IMG/VR virus record: IMGVR_UViG_3300020196_000026
Location: 5,102-69,101 of that record
Reading direction: 5' to 3' (one strand)
Source: a virus
Length of the DNA: 64,000 nucleotides
The position numbers were made by a program, and so were the translations under genes. Below the pieces are notes generated by a model. It saw only the letters and a list, made by a program, of their open reading frames with translations. It ran no database searches and was not told the DNA's origin. Below are positions 1 through 9,661 of this stretch, piece after piece. Each line of letters begins with the position of its first letter. Position 1 is the stretch's first letter.

Positions 1-2
1 AG

Positions 3-827
3 CGGTATCAACAGATTCAAGCTCTTAATTACATAAATCCTGGTGTATTTTCACAACCAAGTAGTTTTAATAGTCCTGAAGATTTTGCTATGGCTTTAAA
101 TACTTCTGGGGTTGGAAATTACATGAATCCAAAACAAATACAAACACAATTGGCTAGTGCCAGTAGAAATGTCATACCCTTTGGACAAATGACTCCAGAG
201 GAGCGTTATAGTGCAATAGACAGTTGGCGCCGACTTTCTCCTTTTCCCATCGGATCGGCTAGCGGTCCAAAGGCGCAGCCAGCTATTCAACCCAGGGGCA
301 TTTTGGACCAGATAAAAGCAAATCCGCAGAGCTACCCCCCACGATGGCAAAACAATGATCACAGGCCCAGTAATTTATACGAAGCTCCCTTCTACGGATT
401 TTACCATGACCAGAGGTATAATGACTACTTAAAGGCGCAAAACGCGATGTTGGCAGAAAGATCGGGTAACGATTGGCGGGATATTAAAGATTGGCAGGAA
501 GCGGAACGACAGGGGGCATGGGAAGTAATGCCAGGCGGACTCACGAACCCTTTCTTACACGCAGCATACGATGTAAGAAACAATCCATTGGGGTCAGAGG
601 AGGGCGGTCAGTATGTCGAAGGTTATAATCCTCTAGGCATTACTGCAAGGAATCCGACAAGCGATGCTCAAGTAGCAAATCTTGCAAGTCAAGAGCTTGA
701 ATCTGCTTATAAAATTTATATGGATAGGTTGCGTGAGCAGCAGCGCCAGGAGTCAGAGGATGCGAGAAGCAAAGAAAGAGCTCAGGCCGCAGGAAACATA
801 AGCCTAATGGGCGGCCAAAAACCGTAG
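3..827 (+). CDS. Hypothetical protein, 5'-truncated by the window edge (possible internal virion protein)
   Basis: The frame of ORF 90..827 is open back to position 3 (RYQQIQALNYINPG...). N/Q/P/Y-rich, like the neighbouring cargo-type genes. Confidence 0.6.
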   Translation, partial: RYQQIQALNYINPGVFSQPSSFNSPEDFAMALNTSGVGNYMNPKQIQTQLASASRNVIPFGQMTPEERYSAIDSWRRLSPFPIGSASGPKAQPAIQPRGILDQIKANPQSYPPRWQNNDHRPSNLYEAPFYGFYHDQRYNDYLKAQNAMLAERSGNDWRDIKDWQEAERQGAWEVMPGGLTNPFLHAAYDVRNNPLGSEEGGQYVEGYNPLGITARNPTSDAQVANLASQELESAYKIYMDRLREQQRQESEDARSKERAQAAGNISLMGGQKP

Positions 828-847
828 ATCAATTAAGAAGAAAGTCT

Positions 848-878
848 GAGTTAAAGTAATATTATGTTTTCAACTGAA
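848..878 (+). repeat. 31-nt direct repeat of 1878-1908 (partial third copy at 1581-1603)
   Basis: gagttaaagtaatattatgttttcaactgaa vs gagttaaagtaatattatgttttcatctgaa (1 mismatch); gtaatattatgttttcatctgaa at 1581-1603. Confidence 0.9.
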
Positions 879-879
879 A

Positions 880-1584
880 ATGATTAAAGTAGCAAACAAT
901 CTTCAACGTTTAGTAAAGAGCGCTAACAATCCATCACAGGAAGCAGCAACACTAAGAACTGATCATCCTTTTAATCTTCATTACGCAGGAACTCCGCATG
1001 CTTACTATTCTTACGGAAATTCTCCAGCAACGAGTATGGTACCAGAAGCTTTTTTTGCGGAATTGGTGGCGGACGGCGGGTACGGAGTCGCGCCGACCGA
1101 TACGGGTAATATGAGCCCTGAGGATTATGCTGCGTTTCAAAATACCTTACTTAGTTGGCACCGACAACATAATAACCCTTCTACGCCTTATAGCCCTTCT
1201 ACACAACCCGCGCCTGCAAGAGGGCGTGGCGGAAGAGTAGTTCGCGAAACTCCTGCTATGCATGGGCTGAATAATCCACATACCAGAAATCAAGAAATGC
1301 TATTTAGAGCAATGTTCCCGATTGGAAACCTTATACCCGGCTTCTTCAGCGGCGGCGGCAAGGCCTTCGCCACCGCACGCGATGGAAGTTATACTCCTCA
1401 TTACAGCTATCAAGAATCCAAAGTCCCATGGCCATACACATACCAAGCTGTGACCAAAAAAGAACCGTTCATGCCGTCTTTCCCGTTTTATAAAGCAGAC
1501 GGACAAGGTTATGATCAAGTTTTATCCCCTAGATCTATATCAGAGCAATATTCTGATTATTTAAATAGAGGTATGTCAAGGTAA
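880..1584 (+). CDS. MIKVA-leader protein, putative internal head (cargo) protein
   Basis: N-terminus MIKVANNLQRLVKSA, followed by an unrelated P/Y/G-rich body. Confidence 0.65.
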   Translation: MIKVANNLQRLVKSANNPSQEAATLRTDHPFNLHYAGTPHAYYSYGNSPATSMVPEAFFAELVADGGYGVAPTDTGNMSPEDYAAFQNTLLSWHRQHNNPSTPYSPSTQPAPARGRGGRVVRETPAMHGLNNPHTRNQEMLFRAMFPIGNLIPGFFSGGGKAFATARDGSYTPHYSYQESKVPWPYTYQAVTKKEPFMPSFPFYKADGQGYDQVLSPRSISEQYSDYLNRGMSR

Positions 1585-1604
1585 TATTATGTTTTCATCT
1601 GAAA

Positions 1605-1889
1605 ATGATTAAAGTAGCAAACAATATTCAACGTATGCTTGAGAAAAAATCTGAGCAGCCTTTAAAAGAAGTTTTACGTGATTTTATTGATGATCGGGAT
1701 CTTCCAATTTATATTGGAACCCCTCTTGGAGCTCTTTTAGGAGGAGTATTGGGTTATGGTGCGTATCGCTTAGGACTTAAGAATAAAGCAATAGAGAAAG
1801 ACAGCCTTTTGATGGCTCTTGGTTTACCTTTGTTGGGAGCGGCATCTGGCGGACGGCTAGGTTATAGTATTGGTAAAGAGTTAAAGTAA
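1605..1889 (+). CDS. MIKVA-leader glycine-zipper membrane hairpin protein
   Basis: MIKVANNIQRMLEKKS leader; two GxxxG hydrophobic helices (GTPLGALLGGVLGYG, GLPLLGAASGGRLG). Confidence 0.7.
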   Translation: MIKVANNIQRMLEKKSEQPLKEVLRDFIDDRDLPIYIGTPLGALLGGVLGYGAYRLGLKNKAIEKDSLLMALGLPLLGAASGGRLGYSIGKELK

Positions 1890-1893
1890 TATT

Positions 1894-2334
1894 ATGTTTT
1901 CATCTGAACTTATAAGTCTCGTTAGCGGCGGCCTTGTAGGTTTTCTTTTTAGGTATATGGCACAAAAAAGTGCCGATCAGAAGGAGCTGTTTAATCAGCT
2001 TATTCAGGCCAACAAACAGACTACTGATAACCAGAATCAGGCTGTTAAAAGAGTTCCGATAGATACAGGTAGAATAGTAAGACAGATTATTGTTTTGACT
2101 ATATTGTTTGGAGCTTTTGCTGCTCCTTTCATTTTGCCTTTCTTTGGCGTGCCTACATTTGTAGAGGTTGACGTAAAGAATCCTGAAGCTATCTTTGGTT
2201 TAATTCCCGCCACCGTAAAGAAGGCATTTGTAGAAATTAATGGCTTTTTCTGGACTTCTGAAAATAGAGAAGTGCTATTAAGTATCGTAGGATTTTATTT
2301 TGGTACCGCTGCTGCAACCCCTAATAAATATTGA
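1894..2334 (+). CDS. Holin-like membrane protein (about 3 TM)
   Basis: Three hydrophobic segments and a C-terminal LLSIVGFYFG motif resembling 3TM phage holins. Confidence 0.5.
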   Translation: MFSSELISLVSGGLVGFLFRYMAQKSADQKELFNQLIQANKQTTDNQNQAVKRVPIDTGRIVRQIIVLTILFGAFAAPFILPFFGVPTFVEVDVKNPEAIFGLIPATVKKAFVEINGFFWTSENREVLLSIVGFYFGTAAATPNKY

Positions 2335-2657
2335 TAGATATCGCTATGGCAATTTTAATTTTTATAATTTTGATGGCTTTGTCTTTTCTGACCGGTTGCT
2401 CCAGCAATCCAGTAATCATTCCTGATCCTACCTCTGATAATGGCGTGATGCTGGAGCTTAAGCACCGTATTGCGCAGTCAGAGATTTCAGGAGTTTATAG
2501 TTCTAGCTACGGTTGGCTATTTTGGTACATACCTTTAGCTGTATTGCTTATTTTTTGGGGTTACCGTAATTTAATTAAAAAGCCCCTTGATTGCATTGAA
2601 GAAGAGCCCGATTCCGTTAAACTGCAAGACAAGGTTGACGGGGATATTAAAACTTAA
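2331..2657 (+). CDS. Lipoprotein with a second TM helix (possible spanin-like lysis accessory)
   Basis: Signal peptide ending FLTG|C; second hydrophobic helix WLFWYIPLAVLLIFW; directly follows the holin-like gene. Confidence 0.45.
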   Translation: MIDIAMAILIFIILMALSFLTGCSSNPVIIPDPTSDNGVMLELKHRIAQSEISGVYSSSYGWLFWYIPLAVLLIFWGYRNLIKKPLDCIEEEPDSVKLQDKVDGDIKT

Positions 2658-2680
2658 ATTAAAACTTAGGGGTATTAACA

Positions 2681-3250
2681 GTGATTAAAGTAGCAAATAA
2701 TATTAAATCCATGTTAGAAAAACAGGCTTTATTTACTGTAGGCAGTTTTAGCCCGTTTGAGAGTCAGCTCGCTAACTATGGCGTCTATGCTGGCGGCGGC
2801 GGACTTGCTGGTGCTAGTATTGGTGCTCTGGTAAATGCACTGCGTGGTGAGTCTAAGCTTAAGGGCGCACTCATCGGTGGCGGTGTTGGTGTCGGTGCTG
2901 GTGTTGGTCTAAAGGGATTGGCCGATGTATTAGCCGGAAATGCACAAGGTATACTTCGAGATTACGGAAGAAGTGGCTATCTAGTAGCTAAGGGCAAAAA
3001 AGAGGATGAAGCAGACTTAGCGGCCTATCGAGCTCGCAAGCAAGACACTTGGACTAATTACTTCAAAGATAAAGTTTTTGGTGAGCCTACAGTAGTAAAA
3101 GGCGATGAAAACCAAAAAGCCTACGAGAAAGTTATAGAGGAGCTTGCATCAATGAGTATTCTCGAAGCTATCAAAAATGATGAGCAGAATCGTCATTGGA
3201 GAACCGTCATTGATGCAGCACACGGTCTACACGATCTTATCAAAGGATAA
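2681..3250 (+). CDS. MIKVA-leader glycine-zipper protein (module shared with 10941..11390)
   Basis: MIKVANNIKSMLEKQA leader (GTG start); YAGGGGLAGASIGALVNALRGESKLKGALIGGG module. Confidence 0.75.
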   Translation: MIKVANNIKSMLEKQALFTVGSFSPFESQLANYGVYAGGGGLAGASIGALVNALRGESKLKGALIGGGVGVGAGVGLKGLADVLAGNAQGILRDYGRSGYLVAKGKKEDEADLAAYRARKQDTWTNYFKDKVFGEPTVVKGDENQKAYEKVIEELASMSILEAIKNDEQNRHWRTVIDAAHGLHDLIKG

Positions 3251-3271
3251 AACTGCGAAAGAACACCAACA

Positions 3272-3637
3272 GTGATTAAAGTATCAAGCAACCTTCAACG
3301 TATGATCTTCGTCAAGTCTGCTGAGGACTATTGGTACGGAGCTGAAACAACAAACTATATTGATTTAAATGGAAAACCAACAAATCAATATGGCATTTAT
3401 CACGGTTTACCTATTAGAGAGTCTGATGAAGTTGGGTGGCTTCAAAATCCCAAAAAATCAATTCCACGTAGTCAGCTTGAAAGAATTATCAAAGAATTAG
3501 CTAAAATTAAGGGAATCGACGTAACCGGAGAAAACAAAGATACCGGTTATCTAGAGTTTGGATGGAGCACAAATAAAAATAGGGGTGTTGCCGACGAAGA
3601 AATGTCTAAGATGATAAATTCAATTTTGTATAAATAG
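3272..3637 (+). CDS. MIKVS-leader protein, putative head cargo
   Basis: MIKVSSNLQRMIFVKSA leader followed by a globular-looking body. Confidence 0.7.
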   Translation: MIKVSSNLQRMIFVKSAEDYWYGAETTNYIDLNGKPTNQYGIYHGLPIRESDEVGWLQNPKKSIPRSQLERIIKELAKIKGIDVTGENKDTGYLEFGWSTNKNRGVADEEMSKMINSILYK

Positions 3638-3652
3638 AGACGGAGTTAATAA

Positions 3653-4168
3653 ATGATTAAAATAGCTCATAATCTACAAAATCTTATTATAAATAAATTA
3701 TCAGAAGATCGTAGTCCAGGATACGTTGGAGTCCCAAAATCCACGGGGTGGGATGGGTATGGAGTTTACGAGCGGGAAGGTCAACCCCGTAGATACTTGC
3801 GTTTAACGCCTCCTGCAGCAGCTCCTATGCCTGTTATGCCAGGGCCTACATCTCCTCGAGTTCCTATGCCTGTTATGCCAGGGCCTACATCTCCTCGAGT
3901 TCCTATGCCTGTTATGCCAGGGCCTACATCTCCTCCAGTTCCTATGCCTGTTATGCCAGGGCCTACGCCTTCTCCAATTCCTATGCCTACTACGCCAAAG
4001 CCTCGTCCAAACGCAATGGATTACGCTAACGTATTACTAAGGCACCTTAATAGGCGGCGAGTTCGTACGCCTGCTACGCCAGCTCCTACGCCTTCTCCAG
4101 CTCCTACGCCTATTGAGGCTGAGTTTAGCGAGAAGATGCAGCGCCTTGATGACCCGAAGAGCGCATGA
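3653..4168 (+). CDS. MIKIA-leader Pro-rich protein
   Basis: MIKIAHNLQNLIINKLS leader; PMPVMPGPTSPRV repeats. Confidence 0.7.
   Translation: MIKIAHNLQNLIINKLSEDRSPGYVGVPKSTGWDGYGVYEREGQPRRYLRLTPPAAAPMPVMPGPTSPRVPMPVMPGPTSPRVPMPVMPGPTSPPVPMPVMPGPTPSPIPMPTTPKPRPNAMDYANVLLRHLNRRRVRTPATPAPTPSPAPTPIEAEFSEKMQRLDDPKSA
3824..3988 (+). repeat. 39-bp tandem repeat, about 4.2 copies (PMPVMPGPTSPRV)
   Basis: Unit cctatgcctgttatgccagggcctacatctcctcgagtt starts at 3824, 3863, 3902, 3941 and 3980. Confidence 0.95.
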
Positions 4169-4201
4169 CGCGCTCAATATCTTCTAACAGAAAGTAAAGC
4201 C

Positions 4202-4411
4202 ATGTTTTCGCCAGAACTTATAAGTCTTGTTGGCGGGGGCCTTACAGGCTTCCTCTTTAAATATATGGCTCAGAAGAGTGCTGATCAAAAGGAGATGTTT
4301 AATCAGCTCATTCAGGCTAATAAGCATCCATACCTTTCGTTGCACGGGCGATCTGAGCGACCTCCCGTTGCCAGTGCTTCTCCAATTCCCCCTTATAATA
4401 GAGTTTATTAA
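4202..4411 (+). pseudogene. Truncated, diverged duplicate of the holin-like gene 1894..2334
   Basis: First 41 aa (MFSPELISLVGGGLTGFLFKYMAQKSADQKEMFNQLIQANK) match MFSSELISLVSGGLVGFLFRYMAQKSADQKELFNQLIQANK; then an unrelated tail. Confidence 0.8.
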
Positions 4412-5145
4412 TTCGTTTCTTTAAGTACTAGAATTATCCAAGGGGCAATACGTTCTATTTTTGTAGCGGAGTTTTCATATAAGACTCCTCGCATAAAGCC
4501 TATTGAAGAAACAATTCCGACTATTTCATTATTTTGATTTAAAACGGGACCGCCAGAATCTCCGTACCAGATAGTTCCTTTGTAGCAAAGCATTTTGATA
4601 TAAAAAGGGTCTTCTTTTAAAGTACCGTAGTAGCAAAAAGTGTTAAGGTCACTTTTCTTTCTGTATTTGCCTCCGTGACCCACGACTGTAAGAGACTCTC
4701 CTCGAACTAAATCTTTAGTGCAGATCTGCATAGGCTCCTCTAAACACGGTTCATATAGTTTAGCTATAGCAGCATCAAGAATATAAATAGAGCCTATTTT
4801 AAATAGAGGAGGAAGTGCAATGCTATCTATGCAGTACCGCATTCCATTAGTTTCAAACCAATGGAATTCTGAATCATCTACTACATGTCCTGCCGTAAGT
4901 ATATGGTGTGAGTCTAAAAGAGTTGCGCTTCCAATTAACCTACCATCGTAATCAGTAATGCGACCCACAGCAGGCATTTCACTGTCTGTAATTAATGTAA
5001 ACCCTTTTAAATACGAAGGTTTATATTCTTGAACTTTTACAGGGTTTATGGTTGTTTCGTAGGTGGCGCATCCAGTCCAAAGCAAAACAAAAGCAGTCAG
5101 TACGTATATGCTAAAACTAACTAAATTTTTATGCAAAGTTTTCAT
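4408..5145 (-). CDS. Trypsin-like (S1) serine protease, predicted lipoprotein
   Basis: HILTAGHV (His), ILDAAI (Asp), WYGDSGGP (Ser); lipobox-like LLWTG|C. The only convincing minus-strand gene. Confidence 0.9.
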   Translation of the reverse strand: MKTLHKNLVSFSIYVLTAFVLLWTGCATYETTINPVKVQEYKPSYLKGFTLITDSEMPAVGRITDYDGRLIGSATLLDSHHILTAGHVVDDSEFHWFETNGMRYCIDSIALPPLFKIGSIYILDAAIAKLYEPCLEEPMQICTKDLVRGESLTVVGHGGKYRKKSDLNTFCYYGTLKEDPFYIKMLCYKGTIWYGDSGGPVLNQNNEIVGIVSSIGFMRGVLYENSATKIERIAPWIILVLKETN

Positions 5146-5368
5146 GATATAAACATCCGATATCTTTGACCTACATGCAAATTTAAGTTTAAAATATTTG
5201 AAAAGAAGCTATACAATGATACTGTCTTAAGAAAAATAAAGAATAAAAATAACGCCTAGGTTTTACTCAGAGTGCTATACCTTTGGCTCAAAATTTACAC
5301 TTAACAGTAGGAATGTCGTATATGCTTCTAGGGGTAGTTTTTACCGAGCTTCGTATTTTTATTTTAGC

Positions 5369-5374
5369 TATAAT
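5369..5374 (+). promoter_or_regulatory. Putative -10 element (TATAAT) upstream of 5399
   Basis: agcTATAAT in the AT-rich divergent intergenic region. Confidence 0.4.
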
Positions 5375-5398
5375 TTTTATGCTATTAGAGCTTAAACT

Positions 5399-5851
5399 AT
5401 GAATCTATTTCGCTCTTATTTAATCAAATACGCATATGGTTGTGATGCTGTAGGGTTTTTGAATTCTTCTGAGCTGTTACAGAAAAAATTGGAAGCTATT
5501 ATGTCTGATATGGAAAAGCCTGAGCTAGAACATGCAGCCCCGGTTGACGACAAAGTTGTCGAGATTACAGTAGTGAAGACATCTACTAACGATAAATTAA
5601 TAAAAACCCTTCTTAGCTATGGTCTAAAGTTTGCTCCAAAGATGATGCCTCTGTACAACGAGCTTGATCCTAAGGATTTAGCAGACATAAAGATAGACGT
5701 AGGGTACTCCTTACCTCAAAATAAAGATACTAAAGTTGATGATGTAGAGCAGGATTCAACTCAACAGTTAAATGGAGATAAGACTCTGTATCCGACTACA
5801 TCGGATCTTTTTAATTTTAACAATATTTCTAAAGACACCGCACTTGCATGA
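5399..5851 (+). CDS. Hypothetical protein with short KxA-ended leader
   Basis: Starts MNLFRSYLIKYA. Confidence 0.6.
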   Translation: MNLFRSYLIKYAYGCDAVGFLNSSELLQKKLEAIMSDMEKPELEHAAPVDDKVVEITVVKTSTNDKLIKTLLSYGLKFAPKMMPLYNELDPKDLADIKIDVGYSLPQNKDTKVDDVEQDSTQQLNGDKTLYPTTSDLFNFNNISKDTALA

Positions 5852-7653
5852 TTCCTTATAGCGCCTACATGAAGCGAGCGGCAGCGCCTACAAGACCAAG
5901 CCCTAGCTATACGTCTGCTACTGAGACGGGCCTTACTTCTACAGGCACTCCAAAACCTTTTCAAGCGCCTAGATACTACGATCGCCCAGGTGTTAATCCT
6001 GAACTTGCAGCACAAGGCAAGCAATTAGAAGCAGACTACGCTCGTCAGTTTCCATATGGAGACTACACCTATAGCACCAAAGGTTGGGGTTATCGAGGCG
6101 GTCAGCGTGCTCAAATGGATCAGGAACAAATAGACCTAAGGAATAGGTTTAGACTCTACGAGGCTCAAGCTAGGGGAATCAGCCCAAGTAATCCACAAGC
6201 TGTTGCGCCAAGCCCCAGTGCTGCAAGTGCATTTGTTGGGGACTTGGCTAGATCTCCTATTATGCCCACTGCTCCCTTTATGTACGCCTACGATGTTGGC
6301 ACTAAAGGTTTACAGCAAGCTACAGCCGATAAGATGCAATCCGATGCTGTCTACGGAAGCATGTTGGCAGATGCTGGAAAGCGCGTAGCCAATCGCTGGG
6401 GCGGCAACTTTGAGCTTCAGTACAACGATCCCTATTTAAACTATGCTAGTTACGCTTTGGAGGCTGCTCCAAGTCTACTTCTGGCAGCAGGTACCGGAGG
6501 CGGAAGTCTTGCAGCTCAAGGTGCCGCTCGTACTGGTGCCACAGTAGCCCCAAGTGCCTTTAGAACTCTAGGTCGTTTCGCCGCAACAGGTTTTCAACCC
6601 GCACTTCAAGGTTCAACTAATCCTGTAGTTAGATTTGCGGGACGCTCAATTCCTGCTTTCACTAACTACGCTATGTCCGGGCTTAATCCAGTACCGTTAA
6701 TCATGGGTACAATGCGAACAGCTGGGGTTGATAGAGTTCTTTCTCAATTAGGAGCACACCTTGCAACCCATGGTGCAGCTAACAACTATGCAAATGCCTA
6801 CAGGGATACAGCTGCGTTTAATGCAGCAAATCCAAATGTTGCCGGCACTCCAGAATCTCTTCAGCGTTTTGGTGAATCTCTATTGGCCGGAGGCATCCAC
6901 TTAGATCCAACTGCTTTAAACCCATGGGGTATTGGTGCAAGCAGTTTTTTACCTTCTATTGATGAGCAACGAGAATCAGCTATAGACAGAGCTACTGAGT
7001 TAAAAATATCTCAAATGTCACCAGAGAAGCAAGCCTTGGTGTTAAGTGATCCAGCACAGTATGCCGTAGTGAGAAAACAAATTATTGATGAGTTTTATCC
7101 GAATTCTTTTGTTCGCCATGCAACTGACGTAGTAACTCTTAATCCACTTAGAGCATTAGGTGCGACTAGTTATAGCGAAAATCTGGCTACAAATAAAGAT
7201 ACTGCAACTAATGTTGCTACAAGCGCAATGGGGTTTAAAAACACGGCTTTGCTAGACCCTAAGTTCTTTAAGGATTTAAATGATTTATCTTTTGACTTCG
7301 CTCAAAATCCAGAGTCTATTAACTCCAGTGGGCTTGGTAAGCACCTAATGCAATCTCCTCTAGCAGCTCAAGTAGGGGGAAACCCTCGAAACGTTATTGC
7401 AGCTGCACAAATGATGGCTGGTCTTAACAGAACGCTAGCTAACATGTATTACGCCTATCAGCAAACTGGCCAAGTACCTCCAGGCTATACAGAACTTGCG
7501 CAACAGGCTGATAATATTGCCAAGGCTCAGCAGCTGCCAGTGGAAGTTCAGGAATCAGGTAATACCCCCTTAGTAGATGCCTTGCTGCAACTACGACCAG
7601 TAATGAATCAGATATATCCGGGGGCGCAGCAAACTCAAGGAGCGACGCAATGA
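5848..7653 (+). CDS. Large A/G/Q/N-rich putative internal virion/ejection protein
   Basis: 601 aa; leader MIPYSAYMKRA; amphipathic Ala/Gly-rich helices. Confidence 0.6.
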   Translation: MIPYSAYMKRAAAPTRPSPSYTSATETGLTSTGTPKPFQAPRYYDRPGVNPELAAQGKQLEADYARQFPYGDYTYSTKGWGYRGGQRAQMDQEQIDLRNRFRLYEAQARGISPSNPQAVAPSPSAASAFVGDLARSPIMPTAPFMYAYDVGTKGLQQATADKMQSDAVYGSMLADAGKRVANRWGGNFELQYNDPYLNYASYALEAAPSLLLAAGTGGGSLAAQGAARTGATVAPSAFRTLGRFAATGFQPALQGSTNPVVRFAGRSIPAFTNYAMSGLNPVPLIMGTMRTAGVDRVLSQLGAHLATHGAANNYANAYRDTAAFNAANPNVAGTPESLQRFGESLLAGGIHLDPTALNPWGIGASSFLPSIDEQRESAIDRATELKISQMSPEKQALVLSDPAQYAVVRKQIIDEFYPNSFVRHATDVVTLNPLRALGATSYSENLATNKDTATNVATSAMGFKNTALLDPKFFKDLNDLSFDFAQNPESINSSGLGKHLMQSPLAAQVGGNPRNVIAAAQMMAGLNRTLANMYYAYQQTGQVPPGYTELAQQADNIAKAQQLPVEVQESGNTPLVDALLQLRPVMNQIYPGAQQTQGATQ

Positions 7654-8861
7654 GTACTCTAGGCGATCTTAAAAAGGCTAAGCAATACTCTGATGTCAAG
7701 CAGTACAGTCAGAAGCATCAACTTATTCATCAATTGGTAAGAGAGGCTCCTAAAGAGTTTTATGTAGACTCTGAGAAAGACGGCATTGTCGGTCTTACTC
7801 ATAGCTCTACTAACTTTAAGATCCATGTTCCAAAGAACGTAATCTCCGGATTGCAACTAAGCGATGCTCCTGAAAAAGAATCCGCAGTAGCCGACATTAT
7901 GTCTGCTGGGTCGGGAATGCCTAATATCACTGGTGGTGGTCAGGGTAGCTATATAAAGCTGCCTTCGTTGTTCGGCAGCATGAAGTCAAAGTTAACTAAA
8001 GCAACTAAACAAGTAGGCGAAGATGCTAAAAAGCCTTCAACAGGGGCTGCATCGAAACTATATCCAGCCACTGTAGAGTATATGAATAAAAAGATGGCCC
8101 CTACTCCATTTCCCTATAAGCACGCAGCGTTTACTTCAGACCTATCGAAGTCTTTAGGTTATAGCCCGGGCTTATGGTACGGCGAAGATGCATTTAGTCC
8201 AGCTGCTCAGACTCGATTTGGAAACTTAGTCGCAGGTGTAGGGTTGACTGGTTTAGGTGTTGCCTCTGTTCCTATTTTAAAATATTTATTTCCTGAGCGC
8301 TTTGCCGGTAAAGAGAAGGCTTTGATGGCTCTTGCTGCTATTGGCGGTATGAGCGCTCCTTGGTTGATTAACGCCCCCTCAACAATGGCAGATATCTCGA
8401 GACTAACTCTGCCTAAAAACGAAGACTACACAGACGATGATTGGAAAAAGATGCAGAGGGCTTCTCGTATACGCTCAGGGATTATTCCAACTGGAAATAA
8501 TGCTCTTATTGCAAAAGGGCAGGATCCAACTAAGGTTGGTTCGTATATTCCTATGGATATGCAAATTGCTAGGACTCATTTAGCAGACGTAGTTAGTGAA
8601 CAGATGCGTTCTGGCTACGTAGACTATGGTCAAGCTGCAGGGCTTATGCTGCGAGCCAGTCAGGAGTCTAACAAGCCCTGGTTTACTGTCCGAGACATCG
8701 CTCATGCTGCTATTGGCGCTGGAGCAGGTGCAGTTGCCGGTACTGCTGCTGCTAAGGGAATCGGCATGTTTATGAACCTTAGCCCCAAGGAGCAGACTGT
8801 TATGCAAGGCACAGGCGCTGCTCTTGGCACTTTAATTAACTTGGGCAAACTATCATTTTGA
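7650..8861 (+). CDS. Multi-segment membrane/glycine-zipper virion protein
   Basis: Soluble N-domain; internal KES, KMA and KHA motifs; C-terminal GxxxG helices (AAIGAGAGAVAG, GTGAALG). Confidence 0.6.
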   Translation: MSTLGDLKKAKQYSDVKQYSQKHQLIHQLVREAPKEFYVDSEKDGIVGLTHSSTNFKIHVPKNVISGLQLSDAPEKESAVADIMSAGSGMPNITGGGQGSYIKLPSLFGSMKSKLTKATKQVGEDAKKPSTGAASKLYPATVEYMNKKMAPTPFPYKHAAFTSDLSKSLGYSPGLWYGEDAFSPAAQTRFGNLVAGVGLTGLGVASVPILKYLFPERFAGKEKALMALAAIGGMSAPWLINAPSTMADISRLTLPKNEDYTDDDWKKMQRASRIRSGIIPTGNNALIAKGQDPTKVGSYIPMDMQIARTHLADVVSEQMRSGYVDYGQAAGLMLRASQESNKPWFTVRDIAHAAIGAGAGAVAGTAAAKGIGMFMNLSPKEQTVMQGTGAALGTLINLGKLSF

Positions 8862-8892
8862 GTAAGTTTCTTTTCTACGGTAGAATTACATT

Positions 8893-9261
8893 ATGACCAA
8901 TAAAGAATTACAAGCATTTCGTCAAGGCTTTTGTGAAAAGGCTGCAGAGTTAGGCATTCTGCCTTCTGAGCTTTTATCTTACAGTGGTTATAAGCAGTCG
9001 TTTTTAAACAATATTACAGGGGATGCTGCCAACGTTGCTAGCACTGCGACTCAAGCGGCGCTCTTACTGGCGATGGGTGGGCTTTCGCTGGGCGCAGCGG
9101 GCGGCGCACTAGGTAACTACTTGTACAACAAGGCAAAGTTTGAGCTGGATCCTGATGACTCTATTTTGCCAACTTACAATGCGTTAGACGAGGCAAAAAA
9201 TTTGCATATTCTTGCAAAATACCGTAATGCTAAAAAACTTGTAGAATCCGGGCTTTCATAA
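8893..9261 (+). CDS. Small glycine-zipper protein with KxA/S-ended leader
   Basis: AFRQGFCEKAA...YKQS, then MGGLSLGAAGGALG. Confidence 0.65.
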   Translation: MTNKELQAFRQGFCEKAAELGILPSELLSYSGYKQSFLNNITGDAANVASTATQAALLLAMGGLSLGAAGGALGNYLYNKAKFELDPDDSILPTYNALDEAKNLHILAKYRNAKKLVESGLS

Positions 9262-9262
9262 T

Positions 9263-9592
9263 ATGTATAAATACTCTAATTTAAATACAAATAGTTTACT
9301 GTACTCTTTACTCGGCGCTGGACTCGCAGGCAGTGGAACTTATGGGTTATATAAACTATTGACCCCCAAGAAACATCAAACAACTGGATTGGGGCTAAGT
9401 GCTACCCTCTTGGGAGCTCTAGGTGGTGGAGCCCTTGGCTATATGAAGCATGAGGATATTCATAAAGCTATGTTGGCTGCAGCTGAAAAGCTACAAAAAA
9501 GCATAAAAGCAAAAGTAGAAAAGCAGATACAAGATTCTGCTCCGAACCGTCCCGTAACTATGGAGAATGGTATACTACATATCACCAACTGA
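9263..9592 (+). CDS. Small glycine-zipper hairpin protein
   Basis: MYKYS; LLGAGLAGSG and LLGALGGGALG helices. Confidence 0.65.
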   Translation: MYKYSNLNTNSLLYSLLGAGLAGSGTYGLYKLLTPKKHQTTGLGLSATLLGALGGGALGYMKHEDIHKAMLAAAEKLQKSIKAKVEKQIQDSAPNRPVTMENGILHITN

Positions 9593-9661
9593 TCATGACG
9601 TGTATGTATCAAATTTTTACCAAGTAATACGAAACCTCGAGAACCCGTTTAATTAAATAAT

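Noticed and set aside
848-1908. CRISPR array or integron attC sites suggested by the repeated 23-31-nt sequence
   Set aside because: Only three copies, separated by whole genes; no palindromic attC structure; no cas or integrase gene. The repeat is a copy of a gene start.
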